From: a bacterium
Lineage (GTDB): Bacteria > Muiribacteriota > UBA6191
DNA length: 64,000 bases
Assembly (NCBI GenBank): GCA_036339875.1
Contig: JAYZAC010000095.1
Location: forward strand, 14,226-78,225
Reading direction: 5' to 3'
The notes under the pieces are model-generated. The model was given only the letters and a program-made list of their open reading frames with translations, had not been told where the DNA came from and made no database searches. The translations under genes and the position numbers were made by a program. The first letter of the stretch is position 1; every line of letters starts with the position of its first letter. Shown one piece after another: positions 19,038 to 29,153 of the stretch.

Positions 19038-20321
19038 TTAGTCTTCAAGCTCAAGTTTTTCATACAAGGCATCAGCTTTTTCTACCCAAAACTCATCCTC
19101 AACATTTTGAACTATTTGATTTAAAATCTGACCCGCCAAATGTTCTTCCCCTAGACGCCAATGACATTCTGCTTTGTAAAGCAATGCGTGACCATCATTT
19201 GTCACAAGATCCAATGACTTTTGGTAGCTCATTATTGCCTCGCGAAATCTACCTTGGTATCTACAAACATCTCCAATACCATTTAAGGCATACAAGTCTT
19301 CTGGGTCTAACTGAATCGCTGTATCAAAATGCATTAACGCTTTCTTAAAGAGTTCTTGTTCCAGGTAAAGTTTGCCTATAGTGTAATGGGCAAATGCATA
19401 GGATGGGTCTAATTCAATAGCTTTCTTTAGGTTACCCCATGCTTTCAGTATTAAATTTTTACGCTTCTGACAAGCTGCTAAATCTGTTAGTAGTCCGCAA
19501 TCTTTATCTTCCAAACTGATTGCTTTTTCATAATTTAATATAGCCTCATCAACATCACCTAATTCTTGCTGAACCGACGCTAGAGCAGCTTTGATTTTCC
19601 ATGAATTTTTATCCAATGACTCAGCTTTCTTAAAATATAGAAGCGCATTACTAAGGTTACCTTCCTCAACTTCTAGATTACCAAGACTATAATGTCCTAT
19701 AGACTTATCGGGATATGTTTGAGCAATCTTCTTAAAGGTGCGCCTAGCACCGCGAAAGTCCTCTTCCCTCATCTGAATCTCGCCTAAATTTCCGAGCAAT
19801 AAATGATTCTCAGGCGTCGACTGAAGGGCCTGTTCAATGACAAATTTAGCGTCTTCCAACTGTCCTCTCTGAAAAAGAATAATCGCCTTCGAGTTATAGT
19901 TATAAATGTCTTTGGAATCAATAAAGATAGCTTTATCTAAACATTCCAAAGCCATATCAAACTCACCAGACAATTTATAAGCTAAAGCAAGAGAATTCCA
20001 GGAGTAAACGTCTTTGGAATCTATCTCTACAGCCTTATTAAATTCCTTAATCGCATTACTGTAATCTCCTTTATCAAGATAGGTATTACCTAAAAGATAA
20101 TGCGAAAATAAATCTCCACCTTTAACTTTTATGGCCTTTTTAAGAACCTGAACAGCTTTTTCAAATTTATTACGTTCGTTGTACACAAAGGCTAACTTAT
20201 TGTACGAATATACATCGTCAGGAAACGCTTCAATGGACTTTATAAACCATTTTTCTGCCGATTCAAGATCACCCTTTTGTAAACTCTCTAAACCTTCGTC
20301 ATAAAATTGATTTGCAGACAT
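19038..20321 (-). CDS. Tetratricopeptide repeat protein
   Basis: Serial 34-aa TPR units (LG..Y...G.Y..A...F.KA..). Confidence 0.9.
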   Translation of the reverse strand: MSANQFYDEGLESLQKGDLESAEKWFIKSIEAFPDDVYSYNKLAFVYNERNKFEKAVQVLKKAIKVKGGDLFSHYLLGNTYLDKGDYSNAIKEFNKAVEIDSKDVYSWNSLALAYKLSGEFDMALECLDKAIFIDSKDIYNYNSKAIILFQRGQLEDAKFVIEQALQSTPENHLLLGNLGEIQMREEDFRGARRTFKKIAQTYPDKSIGHYSLGNLEVEEGNLSNALLYFKKAESLDKNSWKIKAALASVQQELGDVDEAILNYEKAISLEDKDCGLLTDLAACQKRKNLILKAWGNLKKAIELDPSYAFAHYTIGKLYLEQELFKKALMHFDTAIQLDPEDLYALNGIGDVCRYQGRFREAIMSYQKSLDLVTNDGHALLYKAECHWRLGEEHLAGQILNQIVQNVEDEFWVEKADALYEKLELED

Positions 20322-20422
20322 AGCTCCCCTTCATCAAAATGACCGCTAAATCTTGCGACTTACCATTATAAACACTAAAGCTGGTTTGTGCATGGCGGCA
20401 TTGAAGCGTTTAACTAACAACA

Positions 20423-21790
20423 TTAAGATGTAAATAATCCTCTGGTACTTCCAATTGCATCGACAAAACGAAGTGACTCTGAATACGATTCCTTCTGAAA
20501 TAATGTTCTTGCTCTTGATGGAAGCATAATATCAGTAAAGCCTTGCTTAATTGCCTCTCTTACTCTGTAATCTGCCCGAGGCACTAATCGCACCTCTCCA
20601 CCGAGACCAACTTCGCCAAAAACTAACATACCCTTCGATAAAGCTTGATTTTTCAGTGAGGATAAAATTGCTGTCACGACAGCCAAATCAAGACCTGGGT
20701 CTGAGGTTTTAATACCTCCCGCAATATTAACGTAAACATCGTACTGCCCTAGGTTGAGACCCATTCGTTTTTCCATTACTGCAAGTAACAACTGAACTCT
20801 ATTCAAATCATAACCCATGACCGTTCTCTTGGGATGAGTATAATGATTATCACTCAGCAGAGCCTGTACTTCTACAAGAAAAGCCTGACTTCCCTCTAAA
20901 ATAACACTCAAGCAGGAACCCGATTCTAAGCGTTCATCTTCAAGAAAAAATTTTGAGGGGTTAGAAACAGATTTCAAGCCCTGATTACTCATTTCAAATA
21001 TTCCAACCTCATCAGTCGCGCCGTATCGATTTTTGTGACCTCGCAAAAGTCGGAATACATGGTTACGATCACCCTCAAAATGTAAGACTACGTCGACCAT
21101 ATGCTCCAGCATTCTTGGACCTGCCAAGTCTCCACCCTTTGTCACATGTCCTACCAAAAGGCAAGTAAGACCACGAGGTTTACAAAAATCAAGAAGCTTC
21201 ATTGTACACTCTCGCACCTGTGATACCGTACCTGGTGTGGAATCTAGGTCACGAGTACGAATTGTTTGTATCGAGTCTAGAATCAAAATATCAGGTTTTA
21301 CATCTAAAACTTGTTTTTGAATAGATTCTAATAAAGTTTCCGAAACAAGATACATTTCACCATTTTCAAAACCTAAACGCTTTGCTCTTAATTTAACCTG
21401 TGATTCAGACTCCTCTCCGGAAGCGTAAAGTACTCTTGACTTAGACTGTGCTAAGCTCTTACACAATTGAAGTAGCAAAGTTGATTTTCCAATGCCAGGC
21501 TCACCGCCTATAAGAACCATCGCACCAGGTACTAATCCTCCTCCTAAAACTTGATCAAGCTCACTAATACCTGTATTGATACGATCTTGATTTTCAAAAT
21601 TAATATCTTCTAGTTTTACAGCACTACCACCACGAGCAAGAGATTCGACTTTTTTCTGCTCACCCTTCTTAAATATTTCGGTGACCTCTTCCTGTAAGGT
21701 ATTCCATTGACCACATGCCGAACAACTTCCTTGCCATCTTGCATGCTGATGTCCGCACGCAGTACACACATAAAGAGTCTTCTTTTTCAA
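20423..21790 (-). CDS. radA: DNA repair protein RadA/Sms
   Basis: C4 zinc finger, GEPGIGKST, KNRYG, Lon-like C-terminus GEVGLGGE. Confidence 0.98.
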   Translation of the reverse strand: MKKKTLYVCTACGHQHARWQGSCSACGQWNTLQEEVTEIFKKGEQKKVESLARGGSAVKLEDINFENQDRINTGISELDQVLGGGLVPGAMVLIGGEPGIGKSTLLLQLCKSLAQSKSRVLYASGEESESQVKLRAKRLGFENGEMYLVSETLLESIQKQVLDVKPDILILDSIQTIRTRDLDSTPGTVSQVRECTMKLLDFCKPRGLTCLLVGHVTKGGDLAGPRMLEHMVDVVLHFEGDRNHVFRLLRGHKNRYGATDEVGIFEMSNQGLKSVSNPSKFFLEDERLESGSCLSVILEGSQAFLVEVQALLSDNHYTHPKRTVMGYDLNRVQLLLAVMEKRMGLNLGQYDVYVNIAGGIKTSDPGLDLAVVTAILSSLKNQALSKGMLVFGEVGLGGEVRLVPRADYRVREAIKQGFTDIMLPSRARTLFQKESYSESLRFVDAIGSTRGLFTS

Positions 21791-22749
21791 AACTCCCCCT
21801 CATAGGCCTGAATAAAATCTCCATCTCTAAGCTGCGCACCTGCAAGAAACTGTTTCACCGGCATCCGTTTTTTCCCTTCTAATTGAATTTCAAGTAAACT
21901 AGCTTGTCCACCTTTTAATTCCATTATAAGCGACTTATTGGCATCAATTCGTATCCTACCAGGTTGCATATTCGAGTTATTCGGCCTCCACTTCATATCC
22001 CACACTATTAACTTTTTATTCTTCCAACTAAATACTAATCCGTAATGATCTCTTAAAGCCCTCCATTGGTTAAAAATTTGACTCCCACTATCTCCAAAAT
22101 TAACATATGCATCTCTTCTTGTGATTTTTGCAGCATATGTAACACCGGAAGATACTTGTTTTACTCGGTTTGCATCGAAGTTAGAATTTTTGTGCAATAC
22201 TTCCAATAATAATTTTGAACAACTCTGTTGCATGTGCTCCGAAAGTTCTCGAATTGACCAGTCTGGGCTAATACTGAAATTCTCTTTCAGTAAGACATCC
22301 CCCTCATCTAATCCAGCAGTCATATCCATAATACACATAGCTGTTTGATGATCACCCTCGATCAAACAACGCTCCATGGGAGCGGCACCTCGCCAGCGCG
22401 GTAAAGCTGAAGCATGTCCATTAAGAAAGGAAAATTTTGCGGTATCAAGAATTCTTTGGGGCAAAATCTGTCCATAAGCCACTACTACTCCAAAATCAGG
22501 ATTTATTTCTCTTAGAAGATACAAAGGTGCAAGCTTCTTCATTGAAACTGGCTGATTGACCGATATTCCAAATTTTAACGCAGTTTCTTTAACCGGAGGT
22601 GCCTTCAAAATTCTCTTACGCCCGTAAGGCTTATCAGGCTGAGTAAAAACCGCCTCTATAGATAATTGTTCATCCAAGACTATATCCTCGAGCACTTTAG
22701 CTGAAAACTGTGAACTCCCAAAGTAGACAATTTTAGTCTTTTTACTCAT
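21787..22749 (-). CDS. fmt: Methionyl-tRNA formyltransferase
   Basis: TQPDKP, VVAYGQIL, NGHASALPRWRGAAP, LDEGD, TYAAKI. Confidence 0.96.
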   Translation of the reverse strand: MSKKTKIVYFGSSQFSAKVLEDIVLDEQLSIEAVFTQPDKPYGRKRILKAPPVKETALKFGISVNQPVSMKKLAPLYLLREINPDFGVVVAYGQILPQRILDTAKFSFLNGHASALPRWRGAAPMERCLIEGDHQTAMCIMDMTAGLDEGDVLLKENFSISPDWSIRELSEHMQQSCSKLLLEVLHKNSNFDANRVKQVSSGVTYAAKITRRDAYVNFGDSGSQIFNQWRALRDHYGLVFSWKNKKLIVWDMKWRPNNSNMQPGRIRIDANKSLIMELKGGQASLLEIQLEGKKRMPVKQFLAGAQLRDGDFIQAYEGEF

Positions 22750-22789
22750 GTTTTTGTCCTTTCATACGGAGCATAATGATACACTGAGG

Positions 22790-24985
22790 ATGGTGAAGAC
22801 ATCTAAGAAAAACAACAAGGCCGATCTTTTGAGATCTCTAATTCTCGATTTATTAGCTCAAAACAACCCAAAGGGCCTTTCATTCAAAGGAATCTTACAG
22901 AACCTTCCTGCCCAATATTCACACCGGTCTATTGTCAAATCAGAAATAAGTCAATTATTGAGCGAAAGACTGATCAATCGCAAAGGTAAAGGCTATCGAA
23001 TCAATCTTAAACACAAAAATTCTGAACAAAAAAATCATCGTGAAACTTATGAGGGCATTGTCCAAAAACAAAAGTCGGGAACTTTGCTCATCCCCCTTAA
23101 TGACAAGTTAATTAAAGTTTATCCAGAAAATACTAAAGGCGCATTAGCTGGTGATAAAGTTCGCTTACAAATTACACAACGTCGCAACAATGGAACATTA
23201 ATTGGCCGTATCACAAAAATATTAGAGAGAGGAACCTCAAGAATTCTATTTAAGAAAAGTAGGGGTAGATTAATCCCACATACCCCACTTCCGCTTCCTA
23301 TTATTTTAAGTCCAAAATATAAAAGAAAGAAATTAGAAGAGAATTGTTGGTATCTCGCTGAACCAACAGACAGAATATCAACTGAATACATAGAAATTGA
23401 TGTGCTAGAAAAGGCCTCCGACCGTTATGATCTAGATGCACAAAGTCTTCTAGCTCAGTACGATATCCCAATAGAATTTACAACCAAAGTTATTGATTCA
23501 ATCGATAACAATCCAGCTGAATTATGCGAACGTGTAGATATTACGGATCAAGTTTGTTTTACAATTGATGGTGCCACTGCAAAAGATTTCGACGATGCCA
23601 TTAGTATTCAGAGGCATGGTAATGACTTCAAATTAGGCGTACATATTGCAGATGTAAGCCATTTTGTGCGACCTGATAGTCTTCTTGATGAATGCGCCAG
23701 AAACAGAGGTACCTCTTTATACTTTCCCAGACTTGTGGTTCCAATGTTACCTGAGGAGCTTAGCAACAATTTATGTAGTCTAATACCTGATGAGGATAGA
23801 CACGCTATGACTTGTGAAATGCTATTCAGCGCCAAGGGGCATTTAAAAAAGGCTTGGTTTTTCCCATCTAAAATTCGATCAAGACAAAGATTCACTTATG
23901 AACAAGTTCAGTCAATCTATGAAGGTGAAATCTCTCATCAATATGAATGCCAAATAAAAGATTGTTTTGAATTATACAAAGCTCTTTGGGACCAGCGACT
24001 TAAACGAGGCACTATTGATTTCGACCTACCAGAGCCCCAGATAATATTAGATGAAAATTACAATGTAGATAGTATCACACCGCTAGAAAGAGTCGACGCA
24101 CATAAAATGATAGAAGAGTTCATGATCGCAGCAAATGTTTCTATAGCAAAATTTTGCGCTCAGCAGTGCATCGTCGCTCCGTTTCGACATCACGGAACAC
24201 CACGCGCTGAAGGTGTAGAAGAATTGCGACTCACACTAAATTCGGTTGGGATTAATACTAAACAATTGGAACTCAATTCACCTAAAACATTTCAAAATAT
24301 TCTTAATCAATGTAAGGAAGAGGTAAAACCTTTTATACAACCATTGATACTTAGATCGATGCAACAAGCTTTTTATTCCGTTGAGAAATCTGAACACTTT
24401 GGTTTAGCACTTGAATATTACTGTCACTTCACTTCTCCCATTCGCCGCTATCCAGATTTGATTGTGCATCGTCAAATGCGTCAATTTGTTATCGAAAATG
24501 ATCTTAAACTACCCTTTCCTATTCATCCGTTTAAACTTGGTTACAGAAAAAAATTACAAAATCCAAAATTATCTGAGGCCTCTAAAATCGCTCAAAAAAG
24601 TTCTCAATTAGAAAGACGAGCTGTTGAATTAGAAAGAGAATACCAACAACGTAAAAAAGTTACGTTCATGCAACAGTTTATAAATCAGGAATTTACAGTT
24701 CGAGTTAGCGGGATTGTCAAATCAGGCATATTCGCTTGTATACCCGAATATGGAGTAGAAGGATTTATTGCATTAACAGAATTACCAGGCTACTGGGAAT
24801 TTAATGAACAAAAGTCTGAATTTAGTCAAAATCCTAGAAGTAAAAATCGATTAAGACCAGGCGATACACTAGATATCTGCATTGCGAAAGCTGACAAAGA
24901 TGAGTCCCGTATCGATTTTAGACTGAGCGATAATCAGTGGGCTATTTTCAATAATCTCCGAAGGACCCCCGGTAAAACCAGATGA
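22790..24985 (+). CDS. rnr: Ribonuclease R
   Basis: TIDGATAKDFDDAIS, VHIADV, HFTSPIRRYPDL, C-terminal S1 domain. Start moved to ATG 22790 because the track start overlaps the fmt start codon. Confidence 0.95.
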   Translation: MVKTSKKNNKADLLRSLILDLLAQNNPKGLSFKGILQNLPAQYSHRSIVKSEISQLLSERLINRKGKGYRINLKHKNSEQKNHRETYEGIVQKQKSGTLLIPLNDKLIKVYPENTKGALAGDKVRLQITQRRNNGTLIGRITKILERGTSRILFKKSRGRLIPHTPLPLPIILSPKYKRKKLEENCWYLAEPTDRISTEYIEIDVLEKASDRYDLDAQSLLAQYDIPIEFTTKVIDSIDNNPAELCERVDITDQVCFTIDGATAKDFDDAISIQRHGNDFKLGVHIADVSHFVRPDSLLDECARNRGTSLYFPRLVVPMLPEELSNNLCSLIPDEDRHAMTCEMLFSAKGHLKKAWFFPSKIRSRQRFTYEQVQSIYEGEISHQYECQIKDCFELYKALWDQRLKRGTIDFDLPEPQIILDENYNVDSITPLERVDAHKMIEEFMIAANVSIAKFCAQQCIVAPFRHHGTPRAEGVEELRLTLNSVGINTKQLELNSPKTFQNILNQCKEEVKPFIQPLILRSMQQAFYSVEKSEHFGLALEYYCHFTSPIRRYPDLIVHRQMRQFVIENDLKLPFPIHPFKLGYRKKLQNPKLSEASKIAQKSSQLERRAVELEREYQQRKKVTFMQQFINQEFTVRVSGIVKSGIFACIPEYGVEGFIALTELPGYWEFNEQKSEFSQNPRSKNRLRPGDTLDICIAKADKDESRIDFRLSDNQWAIFNNLRRTPGKTR

Positions 24986-25002
24986 AATCAACCTTTAGTA
25001 AA

Positions 25003-26199
25003 TTACTGCTTGCTAACTCTCAGACGACTAATTCGGCGTGCGTCTGCCTCGAGTATTAAAATTCTCAAACCTTGCAAACTTATCAAGGTCCCTCTATTAG
25101 GAATCCCACCACAATATTCTAGTAAAAATCCATTGACGGTTTTCGATCTAGTCTCAGGTATGCTTAGTTGAAAATATTCAATGAACTCGTCTAAATCCAT
25201 AACCGCATCTACAAGATAGGTATCGCTACTCAGTTTCCTGAGACTAGATTGATCAAATTCATCCTCAATTTCCCCTACCAATTCCTCTAAAATATCCTCC
25301 ATAGTGAGAATCCCTAAACTTTTGTCCTCACTACTTACTATGGCGAACTGACGCTTATTCTGCTGAAAAATCTCTAATGCTTCGTAACATGAGCAAGTTG
25401 GAACCATCGTAATCACTTCATCCATATGTTCTCTTACAGATTCACCCAGATGCCTTAGGAGTGGTAATTGATTAGCTCTAAATATACCCACTACATTATT
25501 CTCATGTGAAACTACGGGATAACGCGAAAATCCGTGTAATCGTGCATTATCAAGAGCTTCGATTGTGCTACAGGATTCCGATATACTAATCATTCTCGTT
25601 AGAGGTGTCATAATGCTATCGATGCGAGTTTCAAATAAATTATCGACTTGTCTTAAGATTTCGCGCTCTTCTTGATCTAGGTCCTGCTCATCTTGTTTTT
25701 GAGCCAGATCTAATGATGTTCTCATCATATATTCTTTTAAGCGAAGATTAAGCTGACCCCACAAATCGCGCCCTAGAACTCCAATGGCTAAACCCTCTTC
25801 TAGTTTACTAAGGCTCAGAAAGGGACCCGAAAATCGCTCATACAGACCAATCAGTACATGTATGATTCCAGTATTTTTATTAATGATCCATCTATCCAAA
25901 CTAATACAAAAAACAAAGTAGCTTAACAGAATCGAACAACAGATGATGGTCAAGTCCAAAGACTCAAACCAAGGCTGACATACCGCTACAAACAAAGGGG
26001 AAATAGCCAATACAAAGTAGATGCAATTAAACCATAACTCGCGGCTACTATAATAAGCTTTTGACTCGTCAAACTTACGCTCATCTAAAATCGTTGAGTC
26101 AAAGCTTGGTATACAACCTGCAAGCGATAACACACGAACTATCCCTAACCGTCTTAAGAATAAAAAGAATAGGCCCCATATAATACAAAATACTGTCAT
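25003..26199 (-). CDS. Membrane protein with CBS pair and CorC/HlyC domain (hemolysin-family)
   Basis: IMTP, FSRYPV, GILTMEDILEELVGEIEDEFD, TVNG; N-terminal TM segments. Confidence 0.88.
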   Translation of the reverse strand: MTVFCIIWGLFFLFLRRLGIVRVLSLAGCIPSFDSTILDERKFDESKAYYSSRELWFNCIYFVLAISPLFVAVCQPWFESLDLTIICCSILLSYFVFCISLDRWIINKNTGIIHVLIGLYERFSGPFLSLSKLEEGLAIGVLGRDLWGQLNLRLKEYMMRTSLDLAQKQDEQDLDQEEREILRQVDNLFETRIDSIMTPLTRMISISESCSTIEALDNARLHGFSRYPVVSHENNVVGIFRANQLPLLRHLGESVREHMDEVITMVPTCSCYEALEIFQQNKRQFAIVSSEDKSLGILTMEDILEELVGEIEDEFDQSSLRKLSSDTYLVDAVMDLDEFIEYFQLSIPETRSKTVNGFLLEYCGGIPNRGTLISLQGLRILILEADARRISRLRVSKQ

Positions 26200-27275
26200 G
26201 AAGCAACCTTCTTTACAGCCACCTTACGGAGACGATAATTCTCTAACTCAAGTACGTGAAATTCTAAATCTTGAAGTTTCAAGCTATCTCCAGCACTAGG
26301 CAAATAACCAAAATGCTGAAATACATATCCACCAAGAGTTTCAACTTCCTCATCTTCACTGGATAAAGAACAACCGATAATCTCCTCTACATCATCTAAA
26401 TCGATTTTAGCATCAAAAACCCATTGCTTACCCTCAGAAGTATGCAATAAACTTTCATCATCATTTCGACGGTCTTGCACATCTCCAACAATTGTTTCCA
26501 TAAGATCCTCTAGAGTAACAATTCCTGTGATCACTCCAAATTCATCAACTACAATTGCCATCTGAATCATACGTTTTTGAAATTCTTGCAATAAAACCAA
26601 TTGCGACATTAATTCAGGAACGTAATATGCCTCTTTAATATGTTCCACCACGGAGAAGGAACTCAACTCGATATTCGAAAGCTCGGTAACATTGCAGTTT
26701 TCATAGGCATCTGAGATTTTACCGATAAGGTGCTTCGTGTAAATTATGCCAACGATATTGTCTTTTTCACCCTCAAAAACAGGAATTCTCGAATAAGGAG
26801 TAAAATCAGAATGTGCAAGCAGACCTGCGATATTTTGCTTTGACGATATTTTGAAAACGTCGTTGATTGGAACCATAGCTTCCTTCACAGAACCATCTGC
26901 AAAATCAAACAAACCTTCTCTCAGTCGTTCTCGAGAGTCTTGATCTAAATTATCAGAAGGTGAGTCAACTTTCGAAGTCGAGAAACAAATCATCCTAGGT
27001 AAATAATGCGAAAAAACAAGAAGCAAAAGTAGAAAAATTCGTTTATCTAGACTATCAACGCCAGATAAATACAACTTGAATTCATAGAGCAGTAAACTAA
27101 GCATCATCAAAACAAGCAACTCATACAACATTGAGCTCCGTAGAAAACTGGGCAAATCTCTATTAAACTCTAAACTTCTTCTTAAAAATCGATAGCAAGC
27201 AAAGGCTAACGATACAATTATTATAATCCAAAGCTCATAATTCACTTTTTTGAGACTCCCACTCCAGAAAATCAT
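26196..27275 (-). CDS. Membrane protein with CBS pair and CorC/HlyC domain (hemolysin-family)
   Basis: AMVP, YSRIPV, MAIVVDEFG..TGIVTLEDL.E.IVGDV.D, ETLGG. True start may be GTG at 27245. Confidence 0.9.
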   Translation of the reverse strand: MIFWSGSLKKVNYELWIIIIVSLAFACYRFLRRSLEFNRDLPSFLRSSMLYELLVLMMLSLLLYEFKLYLSGVDSLDKRIFLLLLLVFSHYLPRMICFSTSKVDSPSDNLDQDSRERLREGLFDFADGSVKEAMVPINDVFKISSKQNIAGLLAHSDFTPYSRIPVFEGEKDNIVGIIYTKHLIGKISDAYENCNVTELSNIELSSFSVVEHIKEAYYVPELMSQLVLLQEFQKRMIQMAIVVDEFGVITGIVTLEDLMETIVGDVQDRRNDDESLLHTSEGKQWVFDAKIDLDDVEEIIGCSLSSEDEEVETLGGYVFQHFGYLPSAGDSLKLQDLEFHVLELENYRLRKVAVKKVAS

Positions 27276-28686
27276 TTAAAATTTCATACTGAACTTTCAT
27301 CATCTGCTTATAATCATTTTCATTTTTATGAGTCCACCCGTGTAAATGTAACAGTCCATGAATTATCAAGAAAAAAGTAAGTTTCAACTGAGATTTTAAT
27401 CCAAATTGATCCTCCATAGCATTTACACATAAATAAATATCACCCATAGAACCCAAGGGATCATTCTCAGGAGCCTCAAGTTCAAAAGTCAATATATCGG
27501 TTGCCCCAGATTTACCTCGATAACTTTGGTTCAAATCTGCCATTTGTAAGTCATTCAAAAACGTAACACTCAATTGTCGATAAAATCTAACATCGCCTCT
27601 TTCAATTATTTTGCCCCAACAATAAGTCAAAAAAGTCTCAAAAGAGTCACTTGATATCTCCTCAGGTAATGAATTTACTTCAAACAATGGAGTTTCTTCC
27701 GTCGAAGCTTGAATGTCAATTGTATCTGACTTAGGCAAAAAACCATCGAGGTCAAGACTACTTTTTTGTACCTTAAATTCCTGCAAAATCAATCTCCCGC
27801 AACGATCTCTATCCACTTTTCGACCACTCAAAAAATAACCCTTCTTGGTCGCAATTAAATCTAAAAATTGCTCCCAATCTTGCAAAGCCTCACTCAGACT
27901 AACACCTAAAAAATTACTTTCTAAACCTTGATCAAATGAGTTTTTTAAGAGAAAAAATGCTAATTCCTCGTTATCGTATTCTTTATTCGAGATCATGCGG
28001 CAAAGAGCAAACTTAAGTCTTTGCTCCGTATCGCTAGCCTGCGCTAAAGTTGCTACTCCAGGTGTATCTAATAAATAACAGTTTTCTGATAATTTTATCC
28101 ATTGACGACCTTTAGTAATACCTGGAGCATTAGCTACACGAACGACTCGTTTTTTTCGTAAAGTATTTATCAGCGTCGACTTTCCTACATTGGGTAGCCC
28201 AACTACACAGATTCTTAGAACTTTAAGAATCGAACTGGTAGGCATATATTTTTTGGTCAGTTGATCAAAGATCTTCAGTATTTGACCCGGCTTCTTAGTT
28301 GTTTCAATTGCTACTGCAGCTAATCCACGATTCTTAAATTCTGCTATTACAGCATCTCTGTAGAAATCGCTAACTAAATCAGCCTTGCTTAAGAAAATGA
28401 CTCGGGCCTTTGATTCAAATTTAGTATCTAAAAAACGAACTCTAGAACTTATCGGTAGACGAATATCGCGTATTTCAATTACAAGACTGCAATCCTTTAT
28501 ATCTTGATAAATAGTTGGTGTAGAGGACTTCGTCGATTTAGAACTGGACTTACTTTTGACGGTAGTCTTTATCGATGCGCCTTTCTTGCTAGTTCTAGAA
28601 GTGGAATTAGGCTTAGGGTCACAATTATTTGTGGAACACCACTTTTTAGCTTTAGTGTTAGGTTTATTGCGTTTTGCTCGGGGCAT
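27235..28686 (-). CDS. RbgA/YlqF-type ribosome biogenesis GTPase fused to YbeY rRNA maturation endonuclease
   Basis: Circularly permuted G motifs [21 protein letters not shown]. Then LNQSYRG..ATDILTF, GDIYL and HGLLHLHGWTH (H3xH5xH) in the same uninterrupted frame. Confidence 0.9.
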   Translation of the reverse strand: MPRAKRNKPNTKAKKWCSTNNCDPKPNSTSRTSKKGASIKTTVKSKSSSKSTKSSTPTIYQDIKDCSLVIEIRDIRLPISSRVRFLDTKFESKARVIFLSKADLVSDFYRDAVIAEFKNRGLAAVAIETTKKPGQILKIFDQLTKKYMPTSSILKVLRICVVGLPNVGKSTLINTLRKKRVVRVANAPGITKGRQWIKLSENCYLLDTPGVATLAQASDTEQRLKFALCRMISNKEYDNEELAFFLLKNSFDQGLESNFLGVSLSEALQDWEQFLDLIATKKGYFLSGRKVDRDRCGRLILQEFKVQKSSLDLDGFLPKSDTIDIQASTEETPLFEVNSLPEEISSDSFETFLTYCWGKIIERGDVRFYRQLSVTFLNDLQMADLNQSYRGKSGATDILTFELEAPENDPLGSMGDIYLCVNAMEDQFGLKSQLKLTFFLIIHGLLHLHGWTHKNENDYKQMMKVQYEILNDFLEWESQKSEL

Positions 28687-28720
28687 CTTAACGTAATCTT
28701 ACCAATTTAATGTGAATGAC

Positions 28721-28754
28721 AAAAGACCGGTCATTGAGATATAAACCGGTCTTT
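28721..28754 (-). terminator. Intrinsic terminator after rplS
   Basis: Perfect 10-bp inverted repeat AAAGACCGGT/ACCGGTCTTT with a short T run, about 35 nt past the rplS stop. Confidence 0.7.
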
Positions 28755-28787
28755 AGTTTCTGACAATGATTTAATATTCAAAAGGTA

Positions 28788-29153
28788 CTATTTCTCGCCA
28801 TCTTTGCGAGTGCGTATCTTTATTTTGGTAGCACGCTTCCCTACTCTATCTCTTAAATAGAACAGTTTAGCTCGTCGAACCTTACCTGACTGAATCACTT
28901 CGACTTTTTCAATAGAGGGTGAATGATATGGGAAGACGCGCTCAACACCAATTCCCCCACTAATTTTCCGCACTCGGAACGTTTTATTGGTACTGCCATG
29001 CTTGCGGCCGATACATATTCCCTGAAACTGCTGAATTCGCTCTTTATTACCTTCGGTAACTTTCACATGTACACGAACCGTGTCTCCCACTCTAAAATCG
29101 GGATAGTTCTTTTCGACTTCAGCTTCTTTATTTAACTGCTGGATCAAATCCAT
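28788..29153 (-). CDS. rplS: 50S ribosomal protein L19
   Basis: [33 protein letters not shown]. Confidence 0.99.
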   Translation of the reverse strand: MDLIQQLNKEAEVEKNYPDFRVGDTVRVHVKVTEGNKERIQQFQGICIGRKHGSTNKTFRVRKISGGIGVERVFPYHSPSIEKVEVIQSGKVRRAKLFYLRDRVGKRATKIKIRTRKDGEK

